Of a stretch of DNA of 64,000 bases, positions 1-14,485 are shown piece by piece (within the stretch, counting starts at the first letter, position 1; the number at the start of each line of letters is the position of its first letter). The stretch covers positions 122,450,001-122,514,000 of the forward strand of contig NC_042999.1 of NCBI RefSeq assembly GCF_006345805.1, read 5' to 3'. The position numbers and the translations under genes are program-made. The notes beneath the pieces were generated by a model. The model was not told the DNA's origin. It made no database searches and worked only from the letters and a program-made list of their open reading frames with translations. The stretch comes from Octopus sinensis. Its lineage: Eukaryota.

Positions 1-62
1 GGACTAAATGATGCTAACCATTTTGCCTGGCATGTTAACAATTCTACCAGCTGGCTGCCTTA
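1..62 (-). mobile_element. Head fragment of SINE family B (truncated by window edge)
   Basis: Aligns by eye to 61870-61930 (gcatttcacctggcatgctaacgtttctgccagcttgctgcctt). Confidence 0.55.
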
Positions 63-1002
63 AGATGACACTAATATTGATATGAAATGAAGCCTTTCTT
101 GGACTTGTGACTGCTATATCACATCAAAAGCGATGCATTTTCAGCCCAGGAGCAGGAGATAGCTACAAAATACCAAATAAACAAAAGAGGTTGTGAAGTA
201 CTTGGAACCCCAATATGCAACTGAGAATTTCAGTTATGTCACATTACTATGGGGGACCTCATATGTGATTAGCTGCTGCTCAAAATTGTCATCACCATAC
301 AACATCCCAATGTGACAGTCCTGGGATAAATATAGGAAATTCTTCCATTATTGAATACATACACAAATATCAACACAAGGCATATTAGTAGAGCATTCCC
401 ATCAAAACGTCTACCAGGTGCAAACATAATAGTTTGGTTATAGTAGTTTGAGACAGACAAGGAAAGAGAATGTATCTTCATGGATATCAGCTGCCCTGCT
501 AATATAAATATCTTTCAAACATCAAAAGAAAAGAGAATAAGTTCAGACACTTGCTTCAAATTTTCATCTTATATACACAGATTATATAGTCACATTTATA
601 TGAATAATAATTGGTGCACTTGGTTTTGTTTGTAAATTTCTAAGTGATAATCTGGAAAATCAAGGGCTTTCAGAAAAAAGAAATCAAGCTAACACACATC
701 ACAAATACAATCTGTATCTAGAAGGGCAAAAATATGCAGGATTTTTCTCAAACTCAATGTGTGACACTGTTTTGTTATCCACGTGCCAACGATGGGGTTT
801 TGTACAGCAATGTCTTGACATACGAGTAAATTTGTTCCTGGAGACTGCTCATAAAGCTGAGCAATAATTTCCCATAGTAGCAATGTTATAAATCGTAATT
901 CCTTCCCAATTAATAATACTTGTAAATAAATAGCAATAAAACAACGGTAGAATATAAAGAAAATATTAGGTAAAGTAAAAAGAATGTCAAGATCATCTAT
1001 AA

Positions 1003-1420
1003 TACTCTTTTACTTGTTTCAGTCATTTGACCGTGGCCATGCTGGAGCATCATCTTTAGTCGAGCAAGTCAACCCCAGGACTTATTCTTTGTAAGCCTAG
1101 TACTTATTCTATCGGTCTCTTTTGCTGAACTGCTAAGTTACGGGTACGTAAACACACCAGCATCGGTTGTCAAGCGATGTTGGGGAGACAAACACAGACA
1201 CACAAACATATAAACACACATACACACATATATATATATATATATACATATATACGACGGGCTTCTTTCAGTTTCCATCTACCAAATTCACTCACAAGAC
1301 TTTGGTCAGCCTGAGGCTATAGTAGAAAACACTTGCTCAAGTTGCCATGCAGTGGGACTGAACCTGGAACAACTTGGTTGGTAAGCAAGCTACTTACCAC
1401 ACAGCCACTCCTGCACCTAT
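1003..1420 (-). mobile_element. tRNA-derived SINE family A, full length (~420 bp, internal TA/CA microsatellite)
   Basis: Minus strand starts with a tRNA-like head (A-box-like tggctgtgtggtaa, B-box-like ggttcagtccc) and ends gactgaaacaagtaaaagagta; homologous copies at 20980, 36124, 38913, 40022. Confidence 0.9.
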
Positions 1421-3198
1421 TATTATATTATTATTGTTTTCTGAATCACTTTCACACATACTAGACTTGTGCACACCATCACTTCCAGAAAATCAGTGAC
1501 TTCTTGCAGCAATTTCATCATGTCATTGCTTTATGTACTCACTTTGTGTTGATTGGAAGTATTTCAATATAAACTATGATCACATCTGTTTCGCTACATA
1601 TTCTTATGTTTGGAAGAATAGATTTTATCTATCATTTTTATGGAACAAATCACCCTTATAGTCAGTTCCTATGTTGTTAAAAATTATTCCCTCAGTCTCT
1701 TCCTCAATTCTCTTTTCTACAAAGTCCCTTCATACTTTACCTCTCTCTCTCCCCTGTTCTCTACATCTACCTTTCACAGTTTTTTTCTTTTTTTTTGATT
1801 ATTGGAAAAACACAATAGAAATGTTTTTTTGATTTTACTCTTTTGGGCTCTACTAACTTATTAAGTATCCCTTCCCAGCAGAAAAAAAAAACTTTTTGCT
1901 TCAGATAGAACTGAAAACTTGTTTTATCTTGTTCTTCCTCTTCAGAATTCCCTAATTTCTTACATCTGTATTTTTCCAATATAACTGGTCCACGTCTGAT
2001 TAGGGATGCATAATGCTGTGCATTGTGTGTGGCTAACTATTCTTCAGCTGATTCTTTCTCCATTCATTGTTTCCTATCCTGTACTTTATTAATGACACTG
2101 ATATTATGTCCATTGTTTGTATGACATTTTATGAATTCAATTTGAATTTAAAAATTTTAAATGAAAATATTCATTACAGGAGACTTAATTATATTGTTTT
2201 CCAGTATTCCAAGATACTTTTACAATTCTACATTTAAGGATTTGATACTCTCACTATTAAGAATATTCATTTCAATACTTTTTATGAATTTTCTATACTT
2301 CATTGCAACCAAAACAACATTTTTTGCAACCAGATATCTTCCAAATATCACTACTAGTTACTTGTATGATTTGAAAAGTCTTTGTTTTATCTGTCTTTGT
2401 CATAAAGTTCTAAATTGTGAATGAAACAGAGTTGATTTGCTTTTCCTCCGTTCTTTCCCAGTGATTTCCCTTCTTGCTTTTATTTAGATTAATTAAGAAA
2501 TGGATCAGTCCTATTGGAAATAAGATAGCTGAGTGGCTGTTTCTTTGACAACTTCCACTTCTTGGCTGTACATTTGTGGTTTCTATAGCACCACCTGATG
2601 AATTTTCATGGTGTTTAAAGAAATGCTTTTTGGGAATGTAAAACTGTTTGTCTGCTTTGTCTATTTTGCTTTTGGTGGAGTTTGTTTTGTTTTCTTATTA
2701 AAAATACATAGAAATAACAATAAATTATAATTATTCCCATTATTTTATACATAGTACTATTAGTATAAACTTCTTTGTCTTAGTGCTGCTATAAATGCAA
2801 GTAAATAAGTGGTATTTACTAATGTTGGTGAAGTGCAGGTGTGAACTGTACATAGAGATAAATAACATATTTCAAATTACAACTGTAATAAAAGTAACAT
2901 TTGTATAATTGTGGTGTAGAAAATACTTATGCATAAGTTTGTTTGCCAAATGGAATTTATTACTCAACTCTCTTACCTGGCTAGTATACTTCCCAGATTT
3001 ATAATTCAGATTTATAGAAATAGTCTTATATATATATGCTCTTGAATTAAGGCTATTTTTGAGTATAGCTTGTGATGACAGAAGATAATGTCACTGATGG
3101 AAATAAAAAGAAATGTGTTACAGTAAACTTGGAAAAAATGTAACACTGAAATTATTTCCCTTTTGGCTTAAATGTATCTTATTATTTAAGATTTGATA

Positions 3199-3518
3199 TA
3201 GGTAGTGAGCTGGAAGAATCATTAGCATACCAGGTGAAATGCTTAGTGGCATTTTATCCGTTTTCACATTCTGAGTTCAAATTCCATGAAAATCAACTTT
3301 GCTTTTCATCCTCTGGAGATCAAAAAAATAAGTACCTGTAGATTTTGGGGTCGAGGCCATCGACTTACTCCCTCCCCAAAATTGCTGGCCTTGTGCCAAA
3401 ATTTGAAATCATTATTTAAAATCAGATTAACGTGAAAAGCTGGCAGAATTGTTACTGCACTGGGCAAAATGCTTAGTGGAATTTCGTCCATCTTTACATT
3501 CTGAGTTCAAATTCTGGA
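3199..3518 (+). mobile_element. SINE family B copy (3199-3415) followed by a second head fragment (3437-3518)
   Basis: Shared motifs gagctggcagaatc / ctgagttcaaattc / gcctttcatcc..aaataagtacc / ccttgtgccaaaatttgaa with 20548, 58548, 58746, 61701. Confidence 0.85.
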
Positions 3519-6500
3519 GTTCCATATGAATAAAATGATTCTATTAGTTTCTGTGGCACTCATGTATACCTAATAGAAGAGCCGTGACAGGTTAGTACAT
3601 TCTTTGCATGGATAAGCAAAACAAGCTAAGAAATATTCTTTTTTAAGTTCTGTTTTATATAAACAAAATGGCTGCTGGAATACTTTTCACTCATTGACAA
3701 ATAAAACCAGTGGAAATGGTATATCTAAAGCATTACCTATTGCTTGAAAGTTGTTACACAAGATTTTATTGCATCACTAAAGAAATCTGTGTTCTTGAGG
3801 TGTTTACAGTATCATCTTTTTTGTGGTGGGGTATTTGTATGCTACATTGGTTTTGGTTTGTCCTATTTGTTTTTTGTTAATTTAGTGTTTTATCTGTGAA
3901 ATTGGAAGATTGTGTCGTATGTGAGTTGTGTTATTTTGTTGAGTGTTGATTATGTATCATATATGTTGTGTGACATGTTTCAGTGTCAGACAGTGATTGT
4001 GAAGAGATTGTACTCTGTGCACACTGTTATATTATACATCACCTGCAGAATGTGAGTTGTAAGATGTTTATAGTATTGGGTGTTTATTTTGTAAGCATAT
4101 GAATTGCATCATTTAATTGGACAGTAATTATATAGAGTATTTGGGGCTTGTGATATAATTTTATTGGGTGATGATTCTGTTGAGTATGAGCTGTGTAAAT
4201 AGTGTTATTAATAATATTATTAATATTATCAAATTTTTATTATTATTTCACTGTATCTATTTCATTACATTTTTGTAATTTATCTGTGATTGGTTGCACC
4301 AATGGTAAGCTGATTCTTTGTATCACATCTACTGAACACAGTGCTTATCAACAAGAAACCATTCACATTCTATCAATTCTCTGGAGCCCCTTGTTAAAGT
4401 ACAATTGGGTAAAATGTATGTTACTGATTTACTCATTTCCTTATGCACTCTCTTACTCTTCCTGTCTGGCCACCTTATCTCTCTTTCTCTCTACTTCTCT
4501 CTTCAGTTAGCATTGAATTTTTTTACTCTATGATCGATCAAATCTGACAGTATTAAGAACTTAGTTATTCCATGTCAGTGTAGAAAATATATGCTCACAT
4601 AACGTACATCATTGTTATTATACAGACACATTAGCATAGAATATACATTGTAAGTTAGAGGAGTGAATTCAAATTAATTTTGATAATGTTCGACAGGGAA
4701 ATAATCAAGTTTAATAGACTGAAATAAGTTTTTAGTGCTGAATATTTCTGATGTGCACCTGACTCACCTGATTCATCCCACCAAAATAGCAATGATGGAT
4801 CAGTCTACATTAAGATTTCAATGATTCCTTTATAAATCAGAAAAAAACAAAATAGTTTTGATCAATCATTTGCCCTGGGATTGAAGTGAAGTGCAAATAC
4901 ATTCTTTAATTCTTCAAACCTTAAGATAATGATGGAAAATGATACATTAAATGAAGCACTTGTTAATTGAGAGTATCAAGGTTGGAAACTTGTGTGGCTG
5001 AAAAGCAAATTGTACTTGAATAAAATAAGAATTATGAACAAATAGTTAATCTTGGTAAAAGATAACATGTTTAGACCAGTAATTTAGAAGGATATAACTA
5101 TTAAATAACTAGTTATTAGCTTCTTATCTGAAGAACCTCTTCCCCACTTAAATGTTATTGTTGTTGGGATATGCTTTGTAGCTATTCCTATCCATATATT
5201 CAGAAACATGCCAGCCAGACTAGTATTAATCAAATGTTACTTATACAAAAGTAAAGTTTATCTGAAAAATGATGTAACATGCCATCAAATATATCAATCA
5301 GTTATTTCTGTTACTTAAATATGTATTTTAGTCTTGTTCAAAATATAAATTCTTATATGTAATTAATAACTAACATGATTTCTCTCTAGATATATTCTAT
5401 TATATATAATGCAAATCTGAGAAATATGATATGTACAAATTTAGTCAATAAATTACACTATTGGTGCCATAAGCAATGGAGGCTATGTCTAGTTCTGAAA
5501 CTTTGTTCTAATTAGTTACAGCTGTGGATCAGATGAGATCAATGTAGTTAGTTATTTTGAATTTGTTTTTAAGAAAGGACAGAAGGAAGAAAGTGTGACT
5601 GGAAGAAAGTTAAATAACAGTTTAAAGATTCACTTTATTCATAAGTAGTTGTTATGAGATAGGTGACCAACTCTGACATGAGGAAGATATGAGAAATAAA
5701 AGTAGGAAGGTATATATAGCAATTAGAGTGGGACTAAAATGGCTTATGTGAACTTCATAAAAAATTGATGATGTGAACTTGATCAAAAATGGATGTTAGT
5801 AATTTATTGATAGTAGCTGGTGAAATAGCTGGTTACATAAATTACTGTAAGATTAAATGTAAAGTGTTTTTAGAAAAATATATCAAAACAAATAATTTTA
5901 CTAGAATATTTATTGTAATAGTTAAAAAGATGTAAACATGCAGAAGATAACGATGATTGCTTTTTGGGAGAGTTTATGTTTTTATGTTATGGTATAAGTT
6001 GTCTTATCCTCAATGAAATATATGAATCAATGCCTATTGTTTTAGATAAAAAGAATGAGGATTTCATTTTGTTAAGCACTATATTTGAAATCATGAATCA
6101 TAATCTTTAACAAGGTTCTTGAGAAACTTTAATGGAAAGTGCCTTACCATTTATTTTTATTGTTATTTCAAAATATTTGTATTATGGATCATTTTACATT
6201 CTAAAATATAAATTTCTCTTAAATAGATTATGTTAATCTTTAAGGCAACTATTTATTATTTATACTTTAATATTATCATGAAAAAAAAAAACTTTTTTGA
6301 GAGAAATGTTAATGAATCCACATTGAATATTTCCAATACAAAGGAATCTATTTATTAGCATTTAGGCTTTGAAGTTCAAAACCTTTGATGTCTTAACAAA
6401 TGCATACTTTGGTAACAAACCTGAAAGCTCTAAGGCAAGAAAAATCCTAACATAAAATATACATCAGCACGTACCAAAGTTATTAATTATTAAAATGTAT

Positions 6501-7684
6501 GCAAATTAAAGCATACAGTCAGTAATATGCAAACAGTTGGATAAGATTGAATGGTTATACAGTTTCTTGTCATTTTCATGTTTTGCATTTGTTAAATTTT
6601 GTTAAATTCTCTTCATTACTAAAACCTATAATCTAAAAGATTTAAGCTAACATGATGTGATAATCCATTCTTAATTTTCTTCTTCGATAAATAAGTAGAT
6701 ATGTAAGTACAAATTGACAGCTAAAAATATGCATGCATATTTTAATACATCCTCACTTCTAAAGAATAACATTAATGTACACTGGCAAACATTATTATTA
6801 TCAGAATAATCAATGACTTTGTACAAGTCATTATTTCTAGATCTCCTAATTTTTCTTAATTTTTAAAAATAAATAAATATACGCCCATTCAGAAGAGTTT
6901 TCATAAACACACAAATATATAATAATACAGTATAGTATTACACCATGTAGATTGAATGGATGGCAAATTGCTAAGAAAAACCACCAACAATTCAATTATA
7001 ACTAATTTAAAACCATTGGCAATTTGCTAATGGCAAAACCTGCAAACAATGTAGGTACATCAATTATATTCAGGTAAATCGATAGGTTTTGATACAAATG
7101 CTAGTTTATTGTTTAATAATTGCTTTTTGATTAAATTTCGTAAAGAAAGAGTACTAACGATGTCTATCTAACATAATGGAACCCATTGATGGAAATTTCC
7201 ATTAATTGGCTCATAATGTTATTTCTGCTAATATATAAGGGGAGTTCAAGTGCAATGAGTAAATGCATACCATTCTATGTTCTGCTGAAAGAAAAGACAA
7301 AATTTGTTTTATTTTTTTAAATGTATTGCTTACTATACTAACTCAATACAAAACAAATCGCTATTTATGTAATAGAATCATCATCTATTTATGCATTTAA
7401 TATAATTTTCATCTGCAGTTTGTATATATTTTCATGCTATTCCTTACTAAAACAAATATTAAAGCTTTTATAATTCAGGTACTTCTTTTTAATTATATGT
7501 TTGCTGATATTTTTCTTTACAAAAACATAGATATTTGATTTAATGCATAAATATTCAGTTACTAATTGATGAATCACCAGTTTACAAAATATCAAGATAG
7601 ATAACTGAAATTATTTTAACTGCATCTCTTTCTACTTAGCAATCATATGATGATCCACTAAATACAATATTTCTCTTTTAAATA

Positions 7685-8285
7685 CATTCTGTAGAAATAT
7701 TTATATATTTTGAGCTAATTGTATTTTCTGAACAAACAATAAGAGTTCAAACTGTTTGATAGAGGTTATAGTTTATTGATTATAAGCTGATTGTTTTTAA
7801 ACACACACCACTTTTCTGGTGTCTCTACTGAATAGATCCTATGGTATAATCCAATGGCTCACTCCAGCAAGCTACAGATAGGTACCTTGTAGAAACTGTT
7901 TCCCTGTTGGAAGCATGATAAAACTGATATATATTATCTTGTGGAGTAACTTCTTTCCCCTTTTTGTGTCATAAAATTGCACAAGTCAAATGCTTAGCCC
8001 AAATTTTATTGCCCAAAATGAGAGAAATGTCACTCCTTAAGTTAACACATGTCAATTCTACAGTCCTCCCAATGCTTAAAATTGAAAACCTGTGGTACTT
8101 ATAGTTTGCTAGAGTAAGCTACTGGGGGTTCAGTATATTTGTAATTGAGATTATACAATGGTGGTGGTGTTTAAAAACAATCAGCTTTGCAATCAATAAA
8201 TCAGCCCCTATCAAACATTTTCAACTCTTATCATTTATACAGAAAATACTATTAGCTCAGAATATATCAATTTTTCTACTGAATG
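7685..8285. mobile_element. MITE with long (~200 bp) imperfect terminal inverted repeats, probably Tc1/mariner type
   Basis: 7685-7810 is the reverse complement of 8160-8285 (cattc..gagctaat.gtattttctg..aagctgattgtttttaaacac); similarity continues inward to ~7890/8095; left flank TA, right flank CA. Confidence 0.75.
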
Positions 8286-8723
8286 CATCTTATATCTCTT
8301 AACTCTTACCTTCAACCTACAGATAACAAAAAAAATAAATAAATAAATAAAATTTAAAAATATCAACAAAAAATTCATTTCTCCTTCACTATAAAGTGTT
8401 TCTAAGCAATCTATTTTACTTATATAGAGAAATGACTTGAAAGAAATCTTTCTAAATACTTAACAGCAATTAAGATGGATAACGACTGCTGACAGATGTT
8501 TATATATTGATAGTAGAAACCTCCTAAATTAACTGGAAAAGAAATTAGTAAAACTATTTCAAAAGATGCTTTATCTCATCACAGCCTTCATATCTGTTTT
8601 TTCATTCTAAAACACTCATGATTTTACTTCTATAAGATGTTTATAATACATTCTCACATCACTTCGTATTTCTTTCTCCTTTTCAGTTTTAGCTACATCT
8701 TTACAAGTTTAGATATACATTTT

Positions 8724-9040
8724 CATCATCATCATCTTCATCATCATCATCATATACTCACTATTTTTCATACTTGCATGGGCTGAAAAATTTTCTTGAT
8801 GCAATATTCCACAGCCAGGTGCCCTTCCTCATGCCAACCTCTACATTTTTTTCCACTGAGGTACTTTATTCTATGCCTCATCCATATTTTCCAGGGATAT
8901 ATGCATGTAAAAAATGTAAACTCACTTTGCATGCACATAGATTCACACAAATACTCACATATGCAAGAGGCTTCTTTCATTGGTTAGTCTGAAACTACAG
9001 AAGATGCTAGCCTAAGACCCAACTCAGTGGGATCAAGATT
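8724..9040 (-). mobile_element. Degenerate SINE with (ATG)n tail and ggttggcatgaggaagggcac motif (family D-like)
   Basis: (CAT)n at 8724-8752; plus-strand gtgcccttcctcatgccaacc is the reverse complement of the motif in 41697-41879. Confidence 0.6.
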
Positions 9041-11499
9041 GCATTTAATTCTTAAATATTGCTGAGTGGTTATGCTGCCTTAATATCTGTCACTGATCAG
9101 TTTCATGGTCAAATATGGCAGCTCAACAACAATCAAGTGAAAAATAAATTCATGACCTCGAATCCATATTAATATTTTCATAATTCTCAGAAGCTTAAAA
9201 CGGAGATCAAATCAATCAGATTCATTGTTGGTTAATAAATTATCAGAATTTGTTCACATCTTCTTTTTAAGCTTTTTGTCATTAGTACACTGATTGAGTA
9301 GCATTCATTCCAGCCATGAAAAAATGATTTTGACTTGTTTGTATATGGACAAGTTCTTTCACTCCTGTGTATATGGACAAGTTTACTAAGAGTTGATTAT
9401 TTTCATGTTTGTTTTCTAATAACAGCCATTTTTAAAAATCAAGATTCCCAAACAACTGCATGAAGATAGTATATTTCCCCATAATCAAAAAGAACACATC
9501 TTTCATCTCTTAACAGATGGATTTTCAGTTTTGTCTTCAGACAAATTATCACAATTTTACTATTTATGTCCTCATTCAAGCACTAGGTTCACTAGAGTAA
9601 CAAGGTGCAATCTGATCCACTTCTCTTCAAGAAGCAGTGAATTATATTCATAACTGATACTGATTCAAAATGTATTTTCTGTAAACTTACTATAATTATT
9701 TCAGCATTATCTTTAGAAAGTATTCAAGCTCAATACACCTGTGCCTTCATTGCTTTAAATAAATAAGCTAGATATGTTGTTTACTTGTAATGTTTTAGTT
9801 TGTTCCTTAGTGCACAATTAACTCAAATGCTTCCCTAATGAAGATGATGATGATAATTTTGAAATTGATTTTTGAAGAGTCTGGGATATCTGTTCTTGAT
9901 AAGAAAATATTGTTTTTTATCAATTCAATGAAATTTTCCACTATAATGGATATTATGCATATAACTGAATTATACATTGAATTTGATGGTTTTTACTTTT
10001 CTTAGTTCTTTATTTCTGTGAGTTCTGTTTGGCTATGCATTTTAGTTTCACTTTAAACTTGTAATTTTAAAACACGTGATTATTGCAATCTGTAGAATGG
10101 ATAAATATTTTCCTGCTAATGTTCATAACTAATTACTTTTGTTATTGTTGGTGACTGATTAGAATTCTTGTTAACAGAGTGTTTGATATTTTGCATTCAG
10201 TATTTATAGTATTAATGTACAAAATGTTAATGATCGAAATTTATGTTAAAATTTTTCAAAATTTTTAATAATGTTAATTGCTTTAGAATTTAATGTGTTT
10301 ATGTGACCAGACTATGCAAATTCATAAGTACACATATCTGGTATTCTTTGAAGCTAATCATTCTAATCTGAGATAACTTATCTTCATTCTTCATTAAGGA
10401 AGGGCCATAGTTAGTTTTTGATGTGTGCTTGTATGTGTCTGAGTATTCAGTGGAAAATATATGCTTTTAGTTTTATTCTTTTGGTGATTTCATTCAATGG
10501 AGTATTGCCTTCAAGGGTTTAGTCAACTCTAGAACTTTGTGTGTGTGTAACATTTAGTTTGAATTAAGTATTGTTCAGTTAACTGGAATATGAATAATAT
10601 ATATAACATACAAGCTCTGTCTATAATAGATTGCCTTTGATTTTCTATTACAGTTTATCAGTTGAATAATATAAACGTTGAGTATATAATAGATTATAAA
10701 TTCGATTTCTCTCTAGAGTTAAGATAACATTTGTATAAAGCCTTACATTTGTAGACCATAACAGAATAATATAGATACTTCCAACTTGAAAATACAATGA
10801 AGCTAGAAACTGGTCACTCACAGCAACCTCATTTTACTGTGAATCAATAATACTTGTCAAAAACTTTGCAGTCGAAAACAGTTGAAGCAAAAGTTTTTAA
10901 AGTTTAAATGAAGTTATAAGTAAGCAACAATGAGTATTATTTTTGCATCCTTTGATCCTTGACTGTTGAAATATTATCTTCCTGGTGGTAAACAAATGGA
11001 ATAAAAGATATTTTGTTTCATACTAATCATATTTCTTAACTGAAACTTTTTCTGAAGATTGACCATTAGCATTGATTTCTATAGAAACAACCTTTACAAT
11101 ATATTTTTGCATTAATAATTTTCCATCATGACAGTTTGTTTTTGAATTAATACAAATCTTACATCTTCCTCCATTGTCCTAGTTAAAGCCATATGGTGTA
11201 GTTGTATTGCTTATTGCTATTTAATGTTAAATAAATATGCTTGAAGTTTAATTATGGCATCAAGCCTCCAAGAAAATAAGTTTTTATCCATTAATTGATG
11301 TTCATGTCTTAATTACTTGTCTGGGATATGTCTAGGGTAACACTTGACCACAATCCAGCTCTGTCTACATTCTTGTTACGATCTATGTGTGTGCTTTTAT
11401 GCACCAAGCACCTATATGAAAATTAGTGTTCAAGGAAAAATATAATCTATGTCTTAACCTGCTCAGGTTGTGGTCACAATTATATGTGCCAAACGAGCC

Positions 11500-11712
11500 T
11501 TACTTTGAGATGCAGAGTCATGTGGCATAAAGAATAGATTCGTTTCCCTCAATATAGGCAGATAGCACTGAGCAGACATATCAACAGATGCGCAAGTAAT
11601 AAAACACCAAATTTTCATATCTTCCCATTATACCAATGCAAAGATTCGATCACAGCACAAGAACGCCTAAACAAGGAAAACCTGTTCATACAAAAGTACA
11701 GACTCAATATAC
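11500..11712 (+). pseudogene. Penelope-like element GIY-YIG endonuclease C-terminal remnant
   Basis: Manual translation RVMWHKE*IRFPQYRQIALSRHINRCASNKTPNFHIFPLYQCKDSITAQERLNKENLFIQKYRLN matches my recollection of the PLE endonuclease tail (H..C...F.IFP.Y..R..KE..FI.K...LN). Confidence 0.65.
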
Positions 11713-13239
11713 AAATTTGACCATTTTAAAAATTATACTAAGGAGCCAGTTGTCCCCCTTGAAAAGCTAATTTAAATAGCAAAAACCAGTTGGATTTCAT
11801 GACATCCATATATGTATATATTTATAAAAGGATATTAAACTATATGAAATGAAGGCATTTCTCTGCCACTTTTTATATTTTTTTCCACATATTTTCAGCT
11901 CATAATTTTGACCCCTGGTGTATACTGAATTTTCAGTATCTTTGCACTTTGTATATTTTTATATTTCACATATGTTTGTATATATATATATACGTATGTA
12001 TATCAGATAAGTGAAGAATATGATGATTAACATTAGTTATGAATGTTTTATGATTTTTCATAAAATATTTGACTTCTTGAAATACCTATCAAACTTAAAT
12101 GTCTCAACTAATGACTACATGCTGACTAATTTCTAATATCCTTGTGTTTACGAACCATTGTATACATAAATATTCAACAGATGTAACATAAATTTCTGTA
12201 AAATATTCAGCTTGTCAGAAGATGTATCAAAGGGAAATGGTTCAGACAACCATTACATTCTGAGTAGTTTTGAACAGCTTTGGATGTATAAATATTCAAT
12301 AAGTTTGTCAGGAAAATACATATTCAACTAATAAATAAAATACAGAATAACAGAAAAGATCATTCTATTGTATAATAATTACAGAATATTAAAATATACT
12401 TTCTTCTTGTTGATAAATCAATTTGGCACTGACAAATCTGAAAGACAAAAATGAAATTGTTATATATATTAATAACCTACTTTCATTATTCAGAGTATTA
12501 TATAAACAAAATAACTCCTTTTCTTTTGTCATTACTTCATTAATTAATATTGTAAGAGTGTGAGAATTGAGTGGCAGATAGATAGAGAAGAGAATAGATG
12601 GAACAGCAGTGAGTGGCAAGCACAGGTGAAAGCATAGTCATTCATGAATATCAGTTGGAGTGGAGGGTATAGGAGGTAGTCAGAGAGGTGATAAGTGGCC
12701 GCAAAGATGATGTGAAATGTGTGCAGGTGGTGTGGATGAGGGAGATGCACAATGCTAGAGAGGGAGTCAAATGTACATGAGGATGGAATTGGTGGGATAT
12801 GAACAGAGGTAATACAGGAAGGGATGCTGTCAGTAAAATGAGGTGTATAGTGAAAAGGGAGATGAAAGGAGCATTCAGTGAAAAATGAGGTGGTAAGGGA
12901 TGAGACTGAGAATGCATGGGAAAAAGAAAGTGGTTTCAGGAAGGTGAGTGGTAGGGGACGAAATATATGCAATTCTGCTCTCAAATAATTACAACAGTTG
13001 AGTGAATGGCACCATAGTCAGAGAAGTGATGGAGGGGTGGATGTTAGAAAGATGAGTTGTGGGAGGGGGGTGTTAAGGAGATGGGTTGTTGGGAAGGGGA
13101 AGGTTCATCAGGGACATATTGGATGCAGGGGTATAGACATAAATGACATGCTTTTAGGGCCTCATTTTAGCTTAGATGAATGTTTCTTAAGCAGAACAAA
13201 TTATTAATATTTTGTTATCTCTATGAGATGTAACGTTTG

Positions 13240-13790
13240 GAGGTCACACTTCAGTACTACATCCTATGCTTTTCTGGGTCTCCATCTTCCAGAAGCTCCA
13301 CCTACATTTAACAATTTGTGTTTTTTTATGTAGCTGTTCCATACAAATCACATGATCATACCAGCACATTATTCTCTCTTGCACAGATCTGATGCTTCTT
13401 ACACCTGATTTTCTCTCAGCATACTTTTACTTTGCCATATATGCACACATCCAACAGAAAATACTTAGCTTCATTTCTTTCAAGCCTTCACATGCTCTCT
13501 ACATTCACTGCCTACATTTCACTACCATGTAGCATTGCTGTTTGTTCACAAACATCATAAAACCTACCTTTCACTTGCAGAAAGAATCCTTTTGTTACCA
13601 ACAAAAGTAATGGCTTTCTGATCTTTCTCCAGCTAATTCTTATTGTAGCAACTATACTTTCAGATCATCCTCCTCCAATGCTAATTAGGTCACCTGGGTA
13701 ACAGGAATTATTTACCACCTCTAACGATACTTCTAGGCATTTTCAGAAGGTTCTTCATGTTTATTCTTTATGCACATCTACCCCCACCAC
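13240..13790 (-). pseudogene. RTE-clade LINE 3' RT fragment
   Basis: Minus translation LEVVNNSCYPGDLISIGGG*SESIVATIRISWRKIRKPLLLLVTKG..GRFYDVC..AMLHGSE..RLERNEA; homologous to 47470-47720. Confidence 0.8.
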
Positions 13791-14144
13791 ACATATACAC
13801 AAATTTCTTTCTCAGTTAACCCTTTTGTGATTCTACTGTCCATATTTTTCACCTGGTGTACCATATGGAATTTTTACCGACACTTTTCTATGTACTGACA
13901 AAGATAATTTAATACTAGTTATTATGTGATTCATTGATCATTTCAAGGAAACACTTCTCTCATCACTTCCCAATGTTGCATTAAGACTACAAGACACAAA
14001 TAATTTGAAACACTGTAGTGCCAAAAATCGCTGTCACTTGCCACTGTATTTTATGTCCAATGAATTTTAATTCATTTAAATTCCATTGTATTTCGTTTTT
14101 AGATTTGGTTTGCAAGATTCTTTATATGAGTTCATGTGTTGAAA

Positions 14145-14394
14145 GATATTCTGTTGTGTATGGGGAGAGTCATTTCCCTTTTGTGCCTTAAAATGTAGCA
14201 CACACACCGGTAAAATTTCCACTTATTTCTTATTTTTATTTTCCTAAAATTTTCGTTGTGTCTTGCAACCTTTTCAATAGTCTTGACTCTGTCCATTATT
14301 TACACTGCGTTCCTTTTTGTTTGTTTGTGTGCATGTGTGTGTACCTATGCATGCATGTACATATGTAAGTGTGTATGTATACATGTGTATGTAT
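14145..14394 (+). repeat. Left arm of inverted-repeat (foldback) element flanking the LINE
   Basis: Reverse complement of 19305-19530 (tattctgttgtgt..gagagtcatt..cttgcaaccttttcaatagtcttgactctgtc..gtacctatgcatgcatgtac). Confidence 0.85.
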
Positions 14395-14420
14395 ACTTTG
14401 ATACTTTGATACTTTGATAG
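14393..14420 (-). repeat. LINE 3' tandem-repeat tail (CAAAGTAT)3
   Basis: Plus strand atactttg x3 then atag, ~65 nt after the ORF2 stop; short tandem tails are typical of CR1/L2-type LINEs. Confidence 0.8.
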
Positions 14421-14485
14421 GTTTCGGCCATTATTGGCCCAGGCCATGTCTAACTTAATAGCACCACCTGGTGAAGTCTTTCAAG

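Noticed and set aside
63-480. Moderately GC-elevated block with a 70-aa ORF
   Set aside because: No motif I can assign; possibly a decayed repeat.
10866-10926. ctttgcag...ag|gtaagc exon-like segment
   Set aside because: 49 nt with stops in all three frames.
12544-12984. 146-aa His/Pro/Ser-rich ORF
   Set aside because: Strand-biased low-complexity repeat sequence (similar to 30190-30650); no domain signal.
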